Source: Mobula hypostoma
Lineage: Eukaryota
Assembly: GCF_963921235.1 (NCBI RefSeq)
Contig: NC_086097.1
Span: 236,098,001 to 236,162,000 of the forward strand
DNA length: 64,000 bases
Reading direction: 5' to 3'
Of the stretch, positions 24,159 through 36,135 are shown piece by piece. The stretch's first letter is position 1; each line of letters opens with the position of its first letter. The position numbers were made by a program, and so were the translations under genes. The notes beneath the pieces are model-generated. The model had not been told where the DNA came from, ran no database searches, and was given only the letters and a program-made list of their open reading frames with translations.

Positions 24159-26113
24159 GAATAAACTGTCACCATTTCGAGTCCTGGTGAAGGGTCTCAG
24201 CCCGAAGTGTCGACTGTTTATTCTCGATAAGACCATAAGAGGTAGGAGCAGAATTCCACCATTTCATCATGGTTGATCCACTTTCCTCTCAGCTCCAAAC
24301 TCCTGCCTTCTCCATGTGTTTCTTCCTGCCCTGACCAGTCAAGAATCTATCGAGCTCTCTCTTAAATATACATAAAGACCTGGCCTCCACAGCTGCCTGT
24401 GACAAAAAAAAATCACAGATTCACCACTCTCTGGCTAAAGAAATTACTCTATATCTCTGTTCTAAAAGGTTGTGTCCTCTAGTCTCTCTCACCACAGGAA
24501 ACATCCTCTCCACATACACTCTATCAAGGCCTTTCACCATTCAATAGATTTCAATGAGGTCACCCCTCATTCTTCTGAATTCTAGTGAATACAAGACCAG
24601 AACCACCAAATTCTCTTCAAATAACAAACCATTCAATCCTGGAAACAGCTGGAAACATTTTGTGAACCTCCTTTGAACCCTCTTCAGTTTCAGCTGATGC
24701 TCTCTAAGATAAGGGGCCCAAAACTGCTCTCAGTACTGCCTTACCAGTGCTTTATAAAGGTTCAACATTACATCCTTGCTTTTATATTCCAGTCCTCTTG
24801 AAATTAACAGTAACATTGCATTTGCCTTCTTACCATAGACTTATCCTCCGAATTAACCTGTACAAGAACTCCCAAGTCCCTTTGCAACTCAGTTTCTTTT
24901 GTACTTTCTCTCCATTTAGAAAATAGTTAACTCTTTCACTTCTTCTACCAAAGTGCATGACCATACACTTCCCAACATTGTATTCCATCTGCCATTTCTT
25001 TGTCCATTTTCCTAATCTGTCTAAGTCCTTCTGTAGACTGCCATTTCTTCCTCAAAATTACCTATCCCCACCTATCTTCATATCATCTGAAAACTTTGCA
25101 ACAAAGCCATCAATTCCATCATCCAAATCATTGACATATAATGTAAAAAGAATTGGTCCCATCACAGATCCTTGTGGAACACAAGTAGTCACTGGCAGCC
25201 ATCCAGAAAAAGGCTTCCTTTATTCCCAATCTTTACCTCCTCCCAATCGCCCACTGCTTTATTCATGTAAGAATCTTTCCTGTAAAACCATGAGCTCAGA
25301 CCTTGTTAAGCAGCCTCATGTGTGGCACCTTGTTAAAGGCCTTCTGAAAATCCAAGTACACAACATCAACCAATTCTCCTTTGTCTATCCTGCTTGTTAT
25401 TTCTTCAAATAATTCCAACAGATTTGTCAGGTAAGATTTTACCTTAAGGAAGCCATGCTGACTACAACTTGTTTTGTCATGTGCCTCCAAGTATCCTGAG
25501 ACAGTATCCAAATTAATCGACTCCAAAATCATTTCAACCACTGAGGTTAGACTATCTGGCCTATAGTTTCCTATGTTCTACCACTCTCCTTTCTTGAAGA
25601 GTGGAGTGACATTTGCAATTTTCCAGTGTTCTGGAACCATTCCAGAATCTAGTGATTCTCAAAGGTTTCAGAGATACATTTAATGTCAGAGAAATGTATA
25701 CAATATACATCCTGAAATGCTTTTTCTTTGCCTCCACCAGCAAAAAAAAGCATCGATACCCACCACTGAGCTCTCAGGAGTGCAGCAAAGCAACAGCAAA
25801 GACACAGACCTGCTGTACCCCAAAGACTACTCGTTTACCCGTACCACAGGCTCTCTTTTTAAGGGAGAAAGAGGTGTCTCTGTTTCACATTAAGAGGAAA
25901 GACATAACAAACAACACGTTGGTTTATGATGTTAAAAGTTCATTGCATCGCTTTTTCCGAGCTCTGTGCTCAAAGATCTCAGGTCTCTGGGCACACAACC
26001 AGAGATCTTCCAACTCCTATGACACACTGATCTCATGCCGGGATACCGACCTTCAGGTCTCCAGAGCCACAAGATCTCAGACCTCCGAAAGCAAGCTAAG
26101 CTCTAAGGCTGCG

Positions 26114-29100
26114 GTGGTTACTTCCCTTTTGTCATCTTACGTATTTCCTGTGCGGCCTTAAATTTTGTAGTTTTTTTTAAATTTTATTCTGTTTTGCTTT
26201 TTATAATCATTTTATGTTAATAATCCTATTTTTATTGTTGCTGTGTCTATTCATGAGTTTGAGGTTTATTGTGGTTTTTTTTAATATATACTTTCCGGCT
26301 TTTGTTCTGTTCTGTGTGTATTTTAATTGAGCTAACTTTTTTTTACTTATTTTTTACTGTTTTACAATTAGCTGATCCTTTTCATATTTATACCTTTTTT
26401 TTAGGGAGCGTATACCGGAAGTCATGGGGGTAGTTTTAGCGCTTGCTTCTTTCTGGCGGGTCTGCTTTAGATTTCGCCTTGGGGTCCTGGGGTGGGGGGC
26501 GGTGGGAGGGGCTTCACGTTTTAGTTTGTTTCTCTTTGGGCTATATACATTATTGAAGTATTGGTTACGTCCTTTTCCCCGATATCTTTTGTATGTTCTG
26601 TTTCCTCTCCGGGTCTGTGGGTCGCGCCTATTGTCAATCCTCCTTGTTATGGGTTGACTTTAGGATTTATGGAGTCTATTATTAATTTTGTCTCCTGGAA
26701 TACTAATGGTCTTAATCATCCTATTAAAAGGAAAAAAGTTTTTAAAGTGTTCCGGAGACTTAAAGCACAAATTTTATTTTTACAAGAGACCCATGTACGG
26801 AGGGGGGACAGACTACGTTTTTTCAAATTTTGGAAGGGACAACAATTTCATTCGAACTCCAATGCTAAGATTCGAGGCGTCTCTATCTTTATAGACTCCT
26901 CAGTTACTTTTATACAACAGGATATTATCTCTGATCCGAATGGTAGATTTTTATTGGTTAGTGGTTTATTATTTAATAAAAAAGTAGTTTTGGTTAATGT
27001 TTATGCTCCTAATATGGATTGTCCGGAATTTTATAAATCATTGTTTGATCAGTTTCCGAATTTGAACGAGTTTTCATTGATTTGGGGCGGAGATCTTAAT
27101 ACCTGTTTATCTCCAGCTTTGGACCGTTCGGCTCCTTTACGGACTTTACCTAATAAATCTGCAAATTTGATTAATTTTTTCCTTTCTGATTCTGGGTCGA
27201 CGGACATTTGGCGTTTTCTGCATCCTCAGGAAAAAGATTTTTCCTTCTTTTCACATGTTCATCATTCCTATTCAAGAATTGATTATTTTTTCATTGATTC
27301 TCGTCTCATTTCTTCAGTGATTAAATGTGATTATGATTCTATAACCATTTCGGATCATGCTCCACTTAAGCTTTCTATTAAAATTATGGCCAATATACCA
27401 AACAATAGACAATGGCGTTTTAATTCGCTGTTGCTTCAGGACTCGGACTTTGTTAATTTTATGAATGAACAGATTGAGCTTTTTTTTACAATTAACCATA
27501 CAGAAGATATTTCGGTTAACACTCTTTGGGACACTTTTAAAGCCTATATTCGGGGTCAGATTATTTCGTATTCCGTTGCTTTGAGGAAGAAACAGAAGCA
27601 GGAGGAGATGGTAATTGTGGACAAGATTAAAGAAATTGATAAGAAATATGTTATGGCTCCTTCTGAGGAGCTATACAAACAAAGAACTGAACTTCAAATG
27701 GAACACAGTTTACTACTCTCGTCCTCGATTGTAAACCAATTAAAGAAAACAAGAAGTGATTTTTATGTTCACAGTGATAAAATTGGCAAGCTGCTGGCTA
27801 ATCAATTGAAATCTAATTATGTTAAATCTCAAATCAATCAGATTTATAACCAAAATGATCGATTGATATTGGATCATGTGGGGATTAATCAAACCTTTTG
27901 TGATTTTTATTCTTCTTTATACCAATCAGAGTCTCCTCGAGATTCTAAATATATGAATGATTTTTTAGATAAGTTAGACTTCCCTCTGATTTCACAGGAT
28001 ATGTCTTCTTTATTAGATACTTCCATTACAATGGATGAGATTAAGAATGTTATTTTTTCTATGAATCTGGGGAAAGCTCCTGGCCCTGATGGGTTTACCG
28101 TTGAATTTTATAAATGTTTTGCTTCTTTATTGATTCCTTGGCTCTATAAGGTTTTTGAGGCTTCTTTGAAACTTGGTAAACTTCCGGAATCTTTTAATAG
28201 AGCATCAATTTCTTTAATACTAAAGAAGGATAAAGACCCTGCTCAATGTGCATCTTATAGACCAATATCTTTATTAAATGTTGATTCTAAAGTTTTTTCT
28301 AAGTTATTAGCAAATAGACTAGAAAAAGTACTTCCTTCTATTATTTCGGAAGACCAAACGGGTTTTATTAAAGGTCGTTACTCTTTTTATAATATTCGTA
28401 CATTGTTAAATATCGTTTATACTCCCTCACAAAATGTTCCTGAGTGTGTTATTTCTTTAGATGCCGAGAAAGCTTTTGATAGAGTAGAATGGCCTTATTT
28501 ATTTAAGGTGCTTGAAATGTTTAATTTTAGCTTGAAATTTATATCCTGGATTAAACTGTTATATTATTCCCCTGTAGCCTCGGTTCGTACTAACTCCTTA
28601 AACTCACCTTTTTTTCCTCTCTTTCGTGGTACTCGACAAGGCTGTCCTCTTAGTCCCCTATTATTTGATATTGCATTAGAACCTCTTGCAATTGCTATTC
28701 GAGAATCTTTAAATATTACTGGGATAACTCGGGGATTAAAGTCCCATAAATTATCACTCTATGCTGATGATTTACTTTTATATATTTCTAATCCTGAGAG
28801 ATCCATTCCTGCTGTTTTAGAGTTATTAGCACAATTTGGTCTTTTCTCAGGTTATAAATTAAATCTTAGTAAGAGTGAACTTTTTCCGATTAATAAACAT
28901 CTTCCCTTATATTATAAATTTCCATTTAAATTGATTAATAATTACTTTTCATATCTTGGGATTAAAATTACTTGTAAACATAAAGATTTATTTAAGACTA
29001 ACTTTTTACCATTAATAGACCATATTACTCAACTTTCATCTAAATGGTTTCCCTTATATTTAACTTTGATTGGTCGTATTAATGCAGTTAAGATGTTTTT

Positions 29101-30803
29101 TTTGCCAAAATTTTTATATGTGTTTCAGGCATTACCAATTTTCGTTCCTAAATCTTTTTTTGATAAAGTTGACTCTAAAATTTCTTCATTTATTTGGCAG
29201 AACAAGAATCCGAGACTGGGTAAAATACATTTACAGAAAGCTAAGAGAGATGGAGGTTTAGCATTACCTAACTTTAGATTTTATTATTGGGCTATTAATA
29301 TTCGACATATGAAATTTTGGTTACTTGATCGGGACATACTATTTATTCCTAAATGGGTAGCATTGGAATTACAATCTGTTCAGGGTTATACACTTGGTTC
29401 TATTTTAGGTTCCTCTCTTCCTTTTGATTCGAAACGTCTTAAGCAGGTCTCTAACCCGATAGTTAAATATGCTTTGCGCATTTGGTTTCAATTCAGAAAA
29501 TTTTTTGATCTTAATCAATTCGGGTTAGCGATTCCTATTTTAGGTAACATATTTTTTCCTCCCTCTTTTACGGATCGCGCTTTTCAAACTTGGAAGACTA
29601 AGGGTATTTTACGGTTTTTGGATTTATTTTTAGATGGTTCCCTTATGTCTTTTGAACAATTATCTAACAAATATAACTTATCAAGAATACATTTTTTTAG
29701 ATATTTACAAGTTAGAAATTTCCTAAGTACTATACTTACTTCCTTTCCAATGCTTCCTCCTATATATATTTTAGATTCGATAATTAACCTTAATCCATGT
29801 CAGAAAGGTGCATCGGCTATGATTTATAATATTATTATGAAACTTAGGAAAGCTCCATTTGATAAGATTAGGGTAGATTGGGAACAGGAATTGGGGCTTA
29901 CCATTTCTGTGGATGATTGGGGGCAGATTTTACAATTAGTTAATACTTCCTCTATTTGTGCTAAACATTCCCTAATTCAATTTAAAGTGGTTCATAGAGC
30001 ACATATGTCCAAAGATAAGTTAGCGCGTTTTTACTCGCATATTAATCCTTTCTGTGATAGATGTTCGGGGCAGATAGCCTCTTTAACTCATATGTTTTGG
30101 TCTTGCCCTACTTTGGAAACTTTTTGGAGAGATATTTTCAATATTATTTCTAAGGTATTAAATATAGATATCTCTCCTCACCCTATTACTGCTATCTTTG
30201 GACTACCTAAAATTTCTAGTAATCTTTCCCCTTCAGCCCGTAGAATGATTGCATTTCTTACTTTAATGGCGAAAAGATGTATTTTACAACATTGGAAAGA
30301 GCTTAATGCTCCAACTACCTTTTTTTGGTTTTCTCAGACGATTTTATGTTTGAATCTGGAGAAAATTAGAAGTAACCTTTATGATTCTTCATTTAAATTT
30401 GAACAGATTTGGGGACCTTTTATTCGATATTTTCATTTAATGTAATATTTACCCTTCTTGTTTTCTCTTCACTGTTTTAATGGAGGTCGGGATTGAGGAC
30501 GTGATTTTAAGTTTAACTCTGTTTGGTTTCAAGTTAGCCCATTGCTTTGCTTTGCTTTTAGTTAGTTGCACGGTGGGTTTTTTTTTGGGGTTTTTTTTTT
30601 CTTTTTTTCCATTGATATATATAAAATCTAGTATACTATTATGTTATCTTGGTTTCTTATGCTTAAATTACATTGTTTGTAGTATTTTCTTTTTGGTATT
30701 GTTATCTTTTGGAATTTTATTATACTTTAACATTGTATTAATGTTTATATGGCTTACCTTTTTTGTATACTTACTCAATAAAAAGATTTAAAAAGAAAAA
30801 AGA
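26114..30803 (+). mobile_element. L1 LINE, 5'-truncated, recent insertion
   Basis: 16-bp TSD aagctctaaggctgcg (26098-26113, 30804-30819); AATAAA at 30777 and an A-rich tail; intact ORF2; no ORF1. Confidence 0.93.
26669..30445 (+). CDS. L1 ORF2p: APE endonuclease, reverse transcriptase, C-terminal Cys/His knuckle (1258 aa)
   Basis: SWNTNGL, LQETH, GGDLN, SRIDYF, SDH; KAPGPDG, YRPISLLN, LDAEKAFDRV, RQGCPLSP, YADD, YLGI; CDRC-x8-HMFWSC; no stop or frameshift; first ATG at 26669. Confidence 0.95.
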   Translation: MESIINFVSWNTNGLNHPIKRKKVFKVFRRLKAQILFLQETHVRRGDRLRFFKFWKGQQFHSNSNAKIRGVSIFIDSSVTFIQQDIISDPNGRFLLVSGLLFNKKVVLVNVYAPNMDCPEFYKSLFDQFPNLNEFSLIWGGDLNTCLSPALDRSAPLRTLPNKSANLINFFLSDSGSTDIWRFLHPQEKDFSFFSHVHHSYSRIDYFFIDSRLISSVIKCDYDSITISDHAPLKLSIKIMANIPNNRQWRFNSLLLQDSDFVNFMNEQIELFFTINHTEDISVNTLWDTFKAYIRGQIISYSVALRKKQKQEEMVIVDKIKEIDKKYVMAPSEELYKQRTELQMEHSLLLSSSIVNQLKKTRSDFYVHSDKIGKLLANQLKSNYVKSQINQIYNQNDRLILDHVGINQTFCDFYSSLYQSESPRDSKYMNDFLDKLDFPLISQDMSSLLDTSITMDEIKNVIFSMNLGKAPGPDGFTVEFYKCFASLLIPWLYKVFEASLKLGKLPESFNRASISLILKKDKDPAQCASYRPISLLNVDSKVFSKLLANRLEKVLPSIISEDQTGFIKGRYSFYNIRTLLNIVYTPSQNVPECVISLDAEKAFDRVEWPYLFKVLEMFNFSLKFISWIKLLYYSPVASVRTNSLNSPFFPLFRGTRQGCPLSPLLFDIALEPLAIAIRESLNITGITRGLKSHKLSLYADDLLLYISNPERSIPAVLELLAQFGLFSGYKLNLSKSELFPINKHLPLYYKFPFKLINNYFSYLGIKITCKHKDLFKTNFLPLIDHITQLSSKWFPLYLTLIGRINAVKMFFLPKFLYVFQALPIFVPKSFFDKVDSKISSFIWQNKNPRLGKIHLQKAKRDGGLALPNFRFYYWAINIRHMKFWLLDRDILFIPKWVALELQSVQGYTLGSILGSSLPFDSKRLKQVSNPIVKYALRIWFQFRKFFDLNQFGLAIPILGNIFFPPSFTDRAFQTWKTKGILRFLDLFLDGSLMSFEQLSNKYNLSRIHFFRYLQVRNFLSTILTSFPMLPPIYILDSIINLNPCQKGASAMIYNIIMKLRKAPFDKIRVDWEQELGLTISVDDWGQILQLVNTSSICAKHSLIQFKVVHRAHMSKDKLARFYSHINPFCDRCSGQIASLTHMFWSCPTLETFWRDIFNIISKVLNIDISPHPITAIFGLPKISSNLSPSARRMIAFLTLMAKRCILQHWKELNAPTTFFWFSQTILCLNLEKIRSNLYDSSFKFEQIWGPFIRYFHLM

Positions 30804-31398
30804 AAGCTCTAAGGCTGCGTCCTCGGCAGGTCAAATAATGACCAGTCGTGAAACCCCGAGAGCGGGTCCCATTCCTGCAAAGAACAGATGTCAGCGGGTA
30901 ACTCCAGATCAGGGTCTTCAAAAGAACCCTGAAAGGGAAAAATAGTGATATTAACGATGGAAATAGAGCTGTTTCCAAAGATGTAAGCAAAGGAGTCGCC
31001 ATTTAGTGCCATCAGGTCTAAGCTCCGCCCTCCAGAATCATTATTAATACCTCCACAATCACTTCAGTCACTTCTTTCAGAACTCTGGGGTGTATGTCTG
31101 GTCGAGGTGACTTATCTACCTTCAGACTTTTCAGTTTCCCAAGAACTTTCTGTCTAGTTATCGTAACTTCACACACTTCATGCACCCTAATACCTGAAAC
31201 TTCCACTATACTGCAGTGTCTTCCACAGTGAAGACTGATGCAAAATACTTATTCAGTTTGTCCACTATTTTTACTTCTGCAGCATCGTTTTCCTGCAAAC
31301 CGATATCCATTCTTGCCTTTCTTTTATACTTTATTCTCTTTACGCTCTTTATCACCGAAGAAGCTTTTGTTATCCTCTTTAATGTTATTGCCTAGCTT

Positions 31399-31990
31399 AG
31401 TCATAGTCATAGTCATACTTTATTGATCCCAGGGGAAATTGGTTTTCGTTACAGCAGTACCATAAATAATAAATAGTAATAAAACCATAAATAATTAAAT
31501 AGTAATATGTAAGTTATACCAGTAAATTATGAAATAAGTCCAGGACCAGCCAAGGGAGGAGTTGTAAAGTTTGATGGCCACAGGCAGGATTGACTTCCTA
31601 TGACGCTCTGTGCTGCATCTCGGTGGAATGAGTCTCTGGCTGAATGTACTCCTGTGCCCACCCAGTACATTATGTAGTGGATGGGAGACATTGTCCAAGA
31701 TGGCATGCAACTTAGACAGCATCCTCTTTTCAGACGCCAGCGTGAGAAAGTCCAGTTCCATCCCCACATCATCACTGGCCTTACCAATGAGTTTGTTGAT
31801 TCTGTTGGTGTCTGCTACCCTCAGCCTGCTGCCCCAGCACACAACAGCAAACATGATAGCACTGGCCACCACAGACTCGTAGAACATCCTCAGCATCATC
31901 CAACAGATGTTAAAGGACCTCAGTCTCCTCAGGAAATAGAGATGGCTCTGACCCTTCTTGTAGACAGCCTCAGTGTTCTTTGACCAGTCA
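31399..31990 (-). mobile_element. Rex1/Babar-like LINE 3' fragment
   Basis: (agtcat)n tail; MFYESVVASAIMFAVVCWG...HPLH...TERHRKSILPVAIKLYN. Confidence 0.85.
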
Positions 31991-32339
31991 AAGAACTTTC
32001 GTATTCCATCTTTACCTTCTTAATGACTTTTTTAGTTGTCTTCTGTTGGTTTTTAAAAGTTTCCCAATCCTCCAACATCCCACTATTTTTTGATCTATTA
32101 TGTGCCCTCTCTTTGGCTTTTATGTTGGCTTTAACTTCTCTTGTTAGCCACGGATGTGTTTTCTTTTCTTTAGAATACTTCTCCCTCTTTGGGGTATATA
32201 TATCCTGTGCCTTCCAAGTTGCTTCCAGAAATTTCAGCTATTGCTGTTCTACTGTCATCACTGCCTGTGTTCTTTTCCAACCAATTCTGGCCAACTCCTC
32301 TCTCATGACTCTGTAATTCCCTTTACTCCATTGTAATTG

Positions 32340-33720
32340 CTTCCTTTAGGGAAAATCTTACCTGATAAATCTGTTCTTTTAGAAAATAACAAGCAGTATA
32401 GTAAAAGGAGAATCGGTGAAAGTTGTCCTTGGATTTTCAGAAGGCCTTTGACAAGATGCCTCACACGGGGCCACTTAACAACATTAGAACCCATGGTATT
32501 ACAGAAGAGATTCCAACAGGGATAAGCATTGACTGATTGGCATTAATCAGAGAGTGGGAATGAAGGGAGCCCTTTCTGTTTGGCTGCCAGTGACTAGAGG
32601 TGTTCTACAGAGTTGGGACCACTTCCTTTTACAATATATGTCAATGATTTGGATGACAGAATTGATGGCTCTGTGGACAATATGGGGCAGGTAATCAGGT
32701 AATGTTGAGCAAGCAGAGAGGCTGCAAGAGGATGTCGACAGATGAGGAGAATGGGCGAACAACTGGCAGATGGAACGCAGTTTTGGGAAGTGTATGGTCA
32801 TGTACTTTGGTAGAAGTAGCAAAAGTGTAGCGTTTTCTAAACAGGCAGAAATTCAAAAATCGGAGGTACAAAAGGACCTTGGGGTCCTTGTACAGAGTTC
32901 CCTAACAGTTAACTTGCTGTTTAAGTCAGTGGTGAGGTAGACAACATTGATTTTGAGAGGTCAAGGGCATAAAATCAAAGATATAATGTTGAGACGCAAA
33001 CAACAGGAATTCTGCAGATGCTGGAAATTCAAGCAACACACATCAAAGTTGCTGGTGAACGCAGCAGGCCAGGCAGCATCCCTAGGAAGAGGTACAGTCG
33101 ACGTTTCAGGCCAAGACCTTTCATCCGATGTATAATGTTGAGGCTTTATGAAGCACAGGTGTGGCCTCATTTGAAGTATTGTGAGCAGTTTTAGGACCCT
33201 TATTGAGGGAAGAATATTCTGACTTTGGAAAGGATTCAGAGGAGGTTTGTGAGAATGATGCTGGGAATGAAAGGATTACTGTATTAGGTCTGATTTATGG
33301 CACTGGGCCTGTACTCACTGGTATTTAGAAGAATGCAGCAGGATCTCCTTGAAACGCATCAAATGTTGAAAGGCATAGATAGAGTGGAGAAGATGTTTCC
33401 AAAAGTGAGATAGTCTAGGACCAGTGGGCACAGTCACAAAGTAGAGGGAATGTCCATTTATCATGGATATGAGGAGGAATTTCTTTAGCCCTAGGGTGGC
33501 GAATCTATAGAATTTGTTGCCACGGGCGGCTACGGAGGCCAGAGTGTATTTAAGGCAGAGGTTGATTGGTTATTGATTAGTTACGGCATGAAAGGTTACA
33601 AGGAGAAGGCTGGAAAATGGGTTGATAGGGAAATGGAATAGGCATATTGAAATGGCAGAGCAGGCTTGATGGGCCAAATGGCCTAATTTTGTTCCTATAT
33701 TTTATGGGATTAAGGTCTTA
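32340..33720 (+). mobile_element. CR1 LINE RT and 3' fragment (degenerate)
   Basis: GKSYLINL, LDFQKAFDK remnants; CR1 3' end gggccaaatggcctaatt. Confidence 0.8.
32995..33125 (-). mobile_element. Penelope-like pLTR fragment truncated inside its hammerhead
   Basis: Near-identical to 10691-10821; flanked by duplicated tataatgttgag (32982-32993, 33131-33142). Confidence 0.85.
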
Positions 33721-35094
33721 TATTGAAATTCCTCATGACAATCTTAACATTGCCCTTATTACACGTCTTTTCCACTTCTCACATCATTTATATCCCATAT
33801 CCTGGCTACTGGGAGGGGTGGGGCTGTATATAGCTCTCATTTGGGTCTTTTAACCCTTGCAGTTTCTTAACTCCACCCACAAGGATTCTACATTTTATGA
33901 TCCTGTCATTTCTTTCCAAGGAGTTGATCTTACTTTTTTACCAACAGAACTACCCCACTCCCTCTGCCTATCTGTGCCTATCCTTTCAATACAATTTATA
34001 TCTTTTGATGTTAATCTCCCAACTATGATCTTTTTTCAGCCTCCATAGATGCTACCTGACTTTCTGCATTCTTTCAGTATTTTGTTTATGTTGCCATGAA
34101 ATTTGTTGTTTTGTGGAAGCAGTACAGTTCAAGACATAAAAAATCTGTATGTGCTACAAGACACCCACTGATGTCACCTGAATCGTTGTGTCATGATCTC
34201 AAAGTTGGATTCGAACTCAGCACGTTCCGATTCATAGTGGTGTGAAATTGAGTAGTCTGAGCATTAGCTAGCTGAATGTCCAAAATGCCAGGAATAAACC
34301 TGGCGTTCAAACATGCTCAAAACTTCTATTAAGCTTAAAAGCATTGGAGCACACACTATGCAAGGTACTTTTGTGGAAATGAGAAAGAGATGCACAATTG
34401 TTGGTGAAGGAGAAAATCAAGGACCAAATTGGATATTTAGGTGAGCATATTGGAGTCTGTAAGTTTATAAAAGTTTGGAAAGTTAAATGCTGAGATGTCT
34501 CTAGATTTAGAAGACAGCGTTTCACAACAAGATTTTTCCTATTAAATTATTAAAGATTAAATATTATCTTTCTTTGCCTCACGTGCATTGAAACTTAGTA
34601 GTATACTGTGAAATGGTTCGACTTTGCATCAACGCCCAACAAAGTATGAATATTCACTGGTGGCTGCCAGCAAGTGTCGCCATGCTTCCAACCCCAACAT
34701 AGTATGACAACAACTTATAACCCTAATGCAGACCTGTACAGCTTTGCAATGTGTGAATAAACAGAGCACTTAGAGGAAACACACACAGTCATGGGGAGAA
34801 CATACCAACTCTAAACAGAGAGAAATGGGAATTGAACCCTGGTTTTCCAATCACTGGGATGGTAAAGTGTTACACTGAATGCTATACTGTCGTGACACCC
34901 TTTATTTAAGATAATGAAAAGGAGGAATATTTCTCTCAAGGACGTGAATCTTTCGAACTACTTTTCTTTTTGAAGCTGAATCACTAAATATATTTCAGTT
35001 TGAAATCAACTGATTTTTGTACTCTAGGAGAATTGAGTGCTTTGAAGAGTAGGCAGGGAGGTGGAGGCCAAGAACTGATGAGTTCTATGCCAGT

Positions 35095-35420
35095 TCAGTA
35101 GCACAGTTCCTCAAGCCTCCAGTAGCCCAGGTTCAATCCTGACCCAAGGTGCTGTCTGCTTGGGGCCTGCACATTGTCTATTCGACAGTAGGTTTCTTCC
35201 AGAAGTTTCCTACCATTCCTCAAAGACATGCTGGTTGATATGTTACTTGACCACTGTAAGTTCCTTGCTGTTTTGAAGTGATGGAACTGGGAGGAGGCAA
35301 ATGGGAATATGGGGGGAATAATATGGGATTAGTGTAGGATTACTTGAGAGAGGTTCTTGTCGGCCACCCAGGACTAGTGAGCAGAAGGACCTGCTTCCAT
35401 ACTGCATGGCTATGGTACTC
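35095..35420 (+). mobile_element. Degenerate tRNA-derived SINE (HE1/V-SINE-like)
   Basis: ccaggttcaatcctgacc B-box and ggtttcttcc...tttcctaccattcctcaaagac core; similar decayed copies near 22530-22780, 34600-34900, 44580-44740 and 45440-45605. Confidence 0.55.
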
Positions 35421-35544
35421 TTTATGCTTATTCATCAGTGGTGGAGCTTCGTATGGTATTATGGCCTGCACTTCCTTCTGTTTCTGGTGTTCGAATACAC
35501 CATAAAATCCAGCTTTGGAAGGGGAGAATGAGGTTCCTACCAAA

Positions 35545-36135
35545 ACATGTGTAGATCCATCAAAGTTACTATGCAGGTTGACAGGACTTCTAAGAAGGCA
35601 TATGGTGTATTGACCTTCATTAGTCAGAGCAGTGAGTTTCAAGAACTGTGAGATAATATGTGGCTCTATAAAATCCTGGTTAGACCACACTTGGAATATT
35701 GTATTCAATTCTGGTTGCCTCATTATAGGAAGGGTAAGGAAGCTGTAGAGAGGGTACAGAGGAGATTTACTACAATGCTGCCTAGATAAGAGAGCATGTC
35801 ATGTGAGGATAGGTTGAGCAAGCTAGAAGCAAAGAAGGAGGAAATACATTTTCCCAGGGCAGAAGTGGCTAATATAATTTTTAAAATGTTTGGAAGAAAT
35901 TATCAGGCAATGTCGGGGGTAAATTCTTTACATAGAGAGTGGTGGGTGCATGGACATTGCTGGTAAAGGTGGTGGTAGAGGGAGATGCATCAGTGATATT
36001 TAAGAAACTCTTAGTTGGGCACACGATCCATAGAAAAATGAAGGGCTATGAAGAAGGCTAAGAGTAGGTTGGCACAATATCATAGGCCGAGGGGCCTGTT
36101 CTGTGCTGTAGTGTCTATGTCCTAAGTTCTAAGTT
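35545..36135 (+). mobile_element. CR1 LINE 3' fragment
   Basis: LYKILVRPHLEYCIQFW; (ttctaag)-type tail. Confidence 0.8.

Larger units (their letters stand above)
25662..31032 (-). mobile_element. Short non-coding LINE-derived element split by the L1 (25662-26113 and 30804-31032)
   Basis: Interrupts the CR1; minus strand starts ggagggcggagcttagacctgatggcac and ends with a Rex-like 3' end; the halves join at the L1 TSD. Confidence 0.55.
24228..34040 (-). mobile_element. Fragmented CR1 ORF2 (pieces 24228-25660, 31035-31398, 31995-32337, 33720-34040)
   Basis: Collinear minus-strand pieces running 3' tail, RT (QHGFLKVKSYLTNLLE...YLDFQKAFNKVPH), KSPRPD..PRVLKEV, linker, endonuclease. Confidence 0.8.

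Noticed and set aside
25613..26161. 182-aa ORF just upstream of ORF2 as a candidate L1 ORF1
   Set aside because: Nearly all of it lies outside the TSD, in CR1 and other repeat sequence; no ORF1 features
26561..26668. 36-aa N-terminal extension of L1 ORF2 in the ORF track
   Set aside because: Starts at TTG; endonuclease homology begins right after the ATG at 26669
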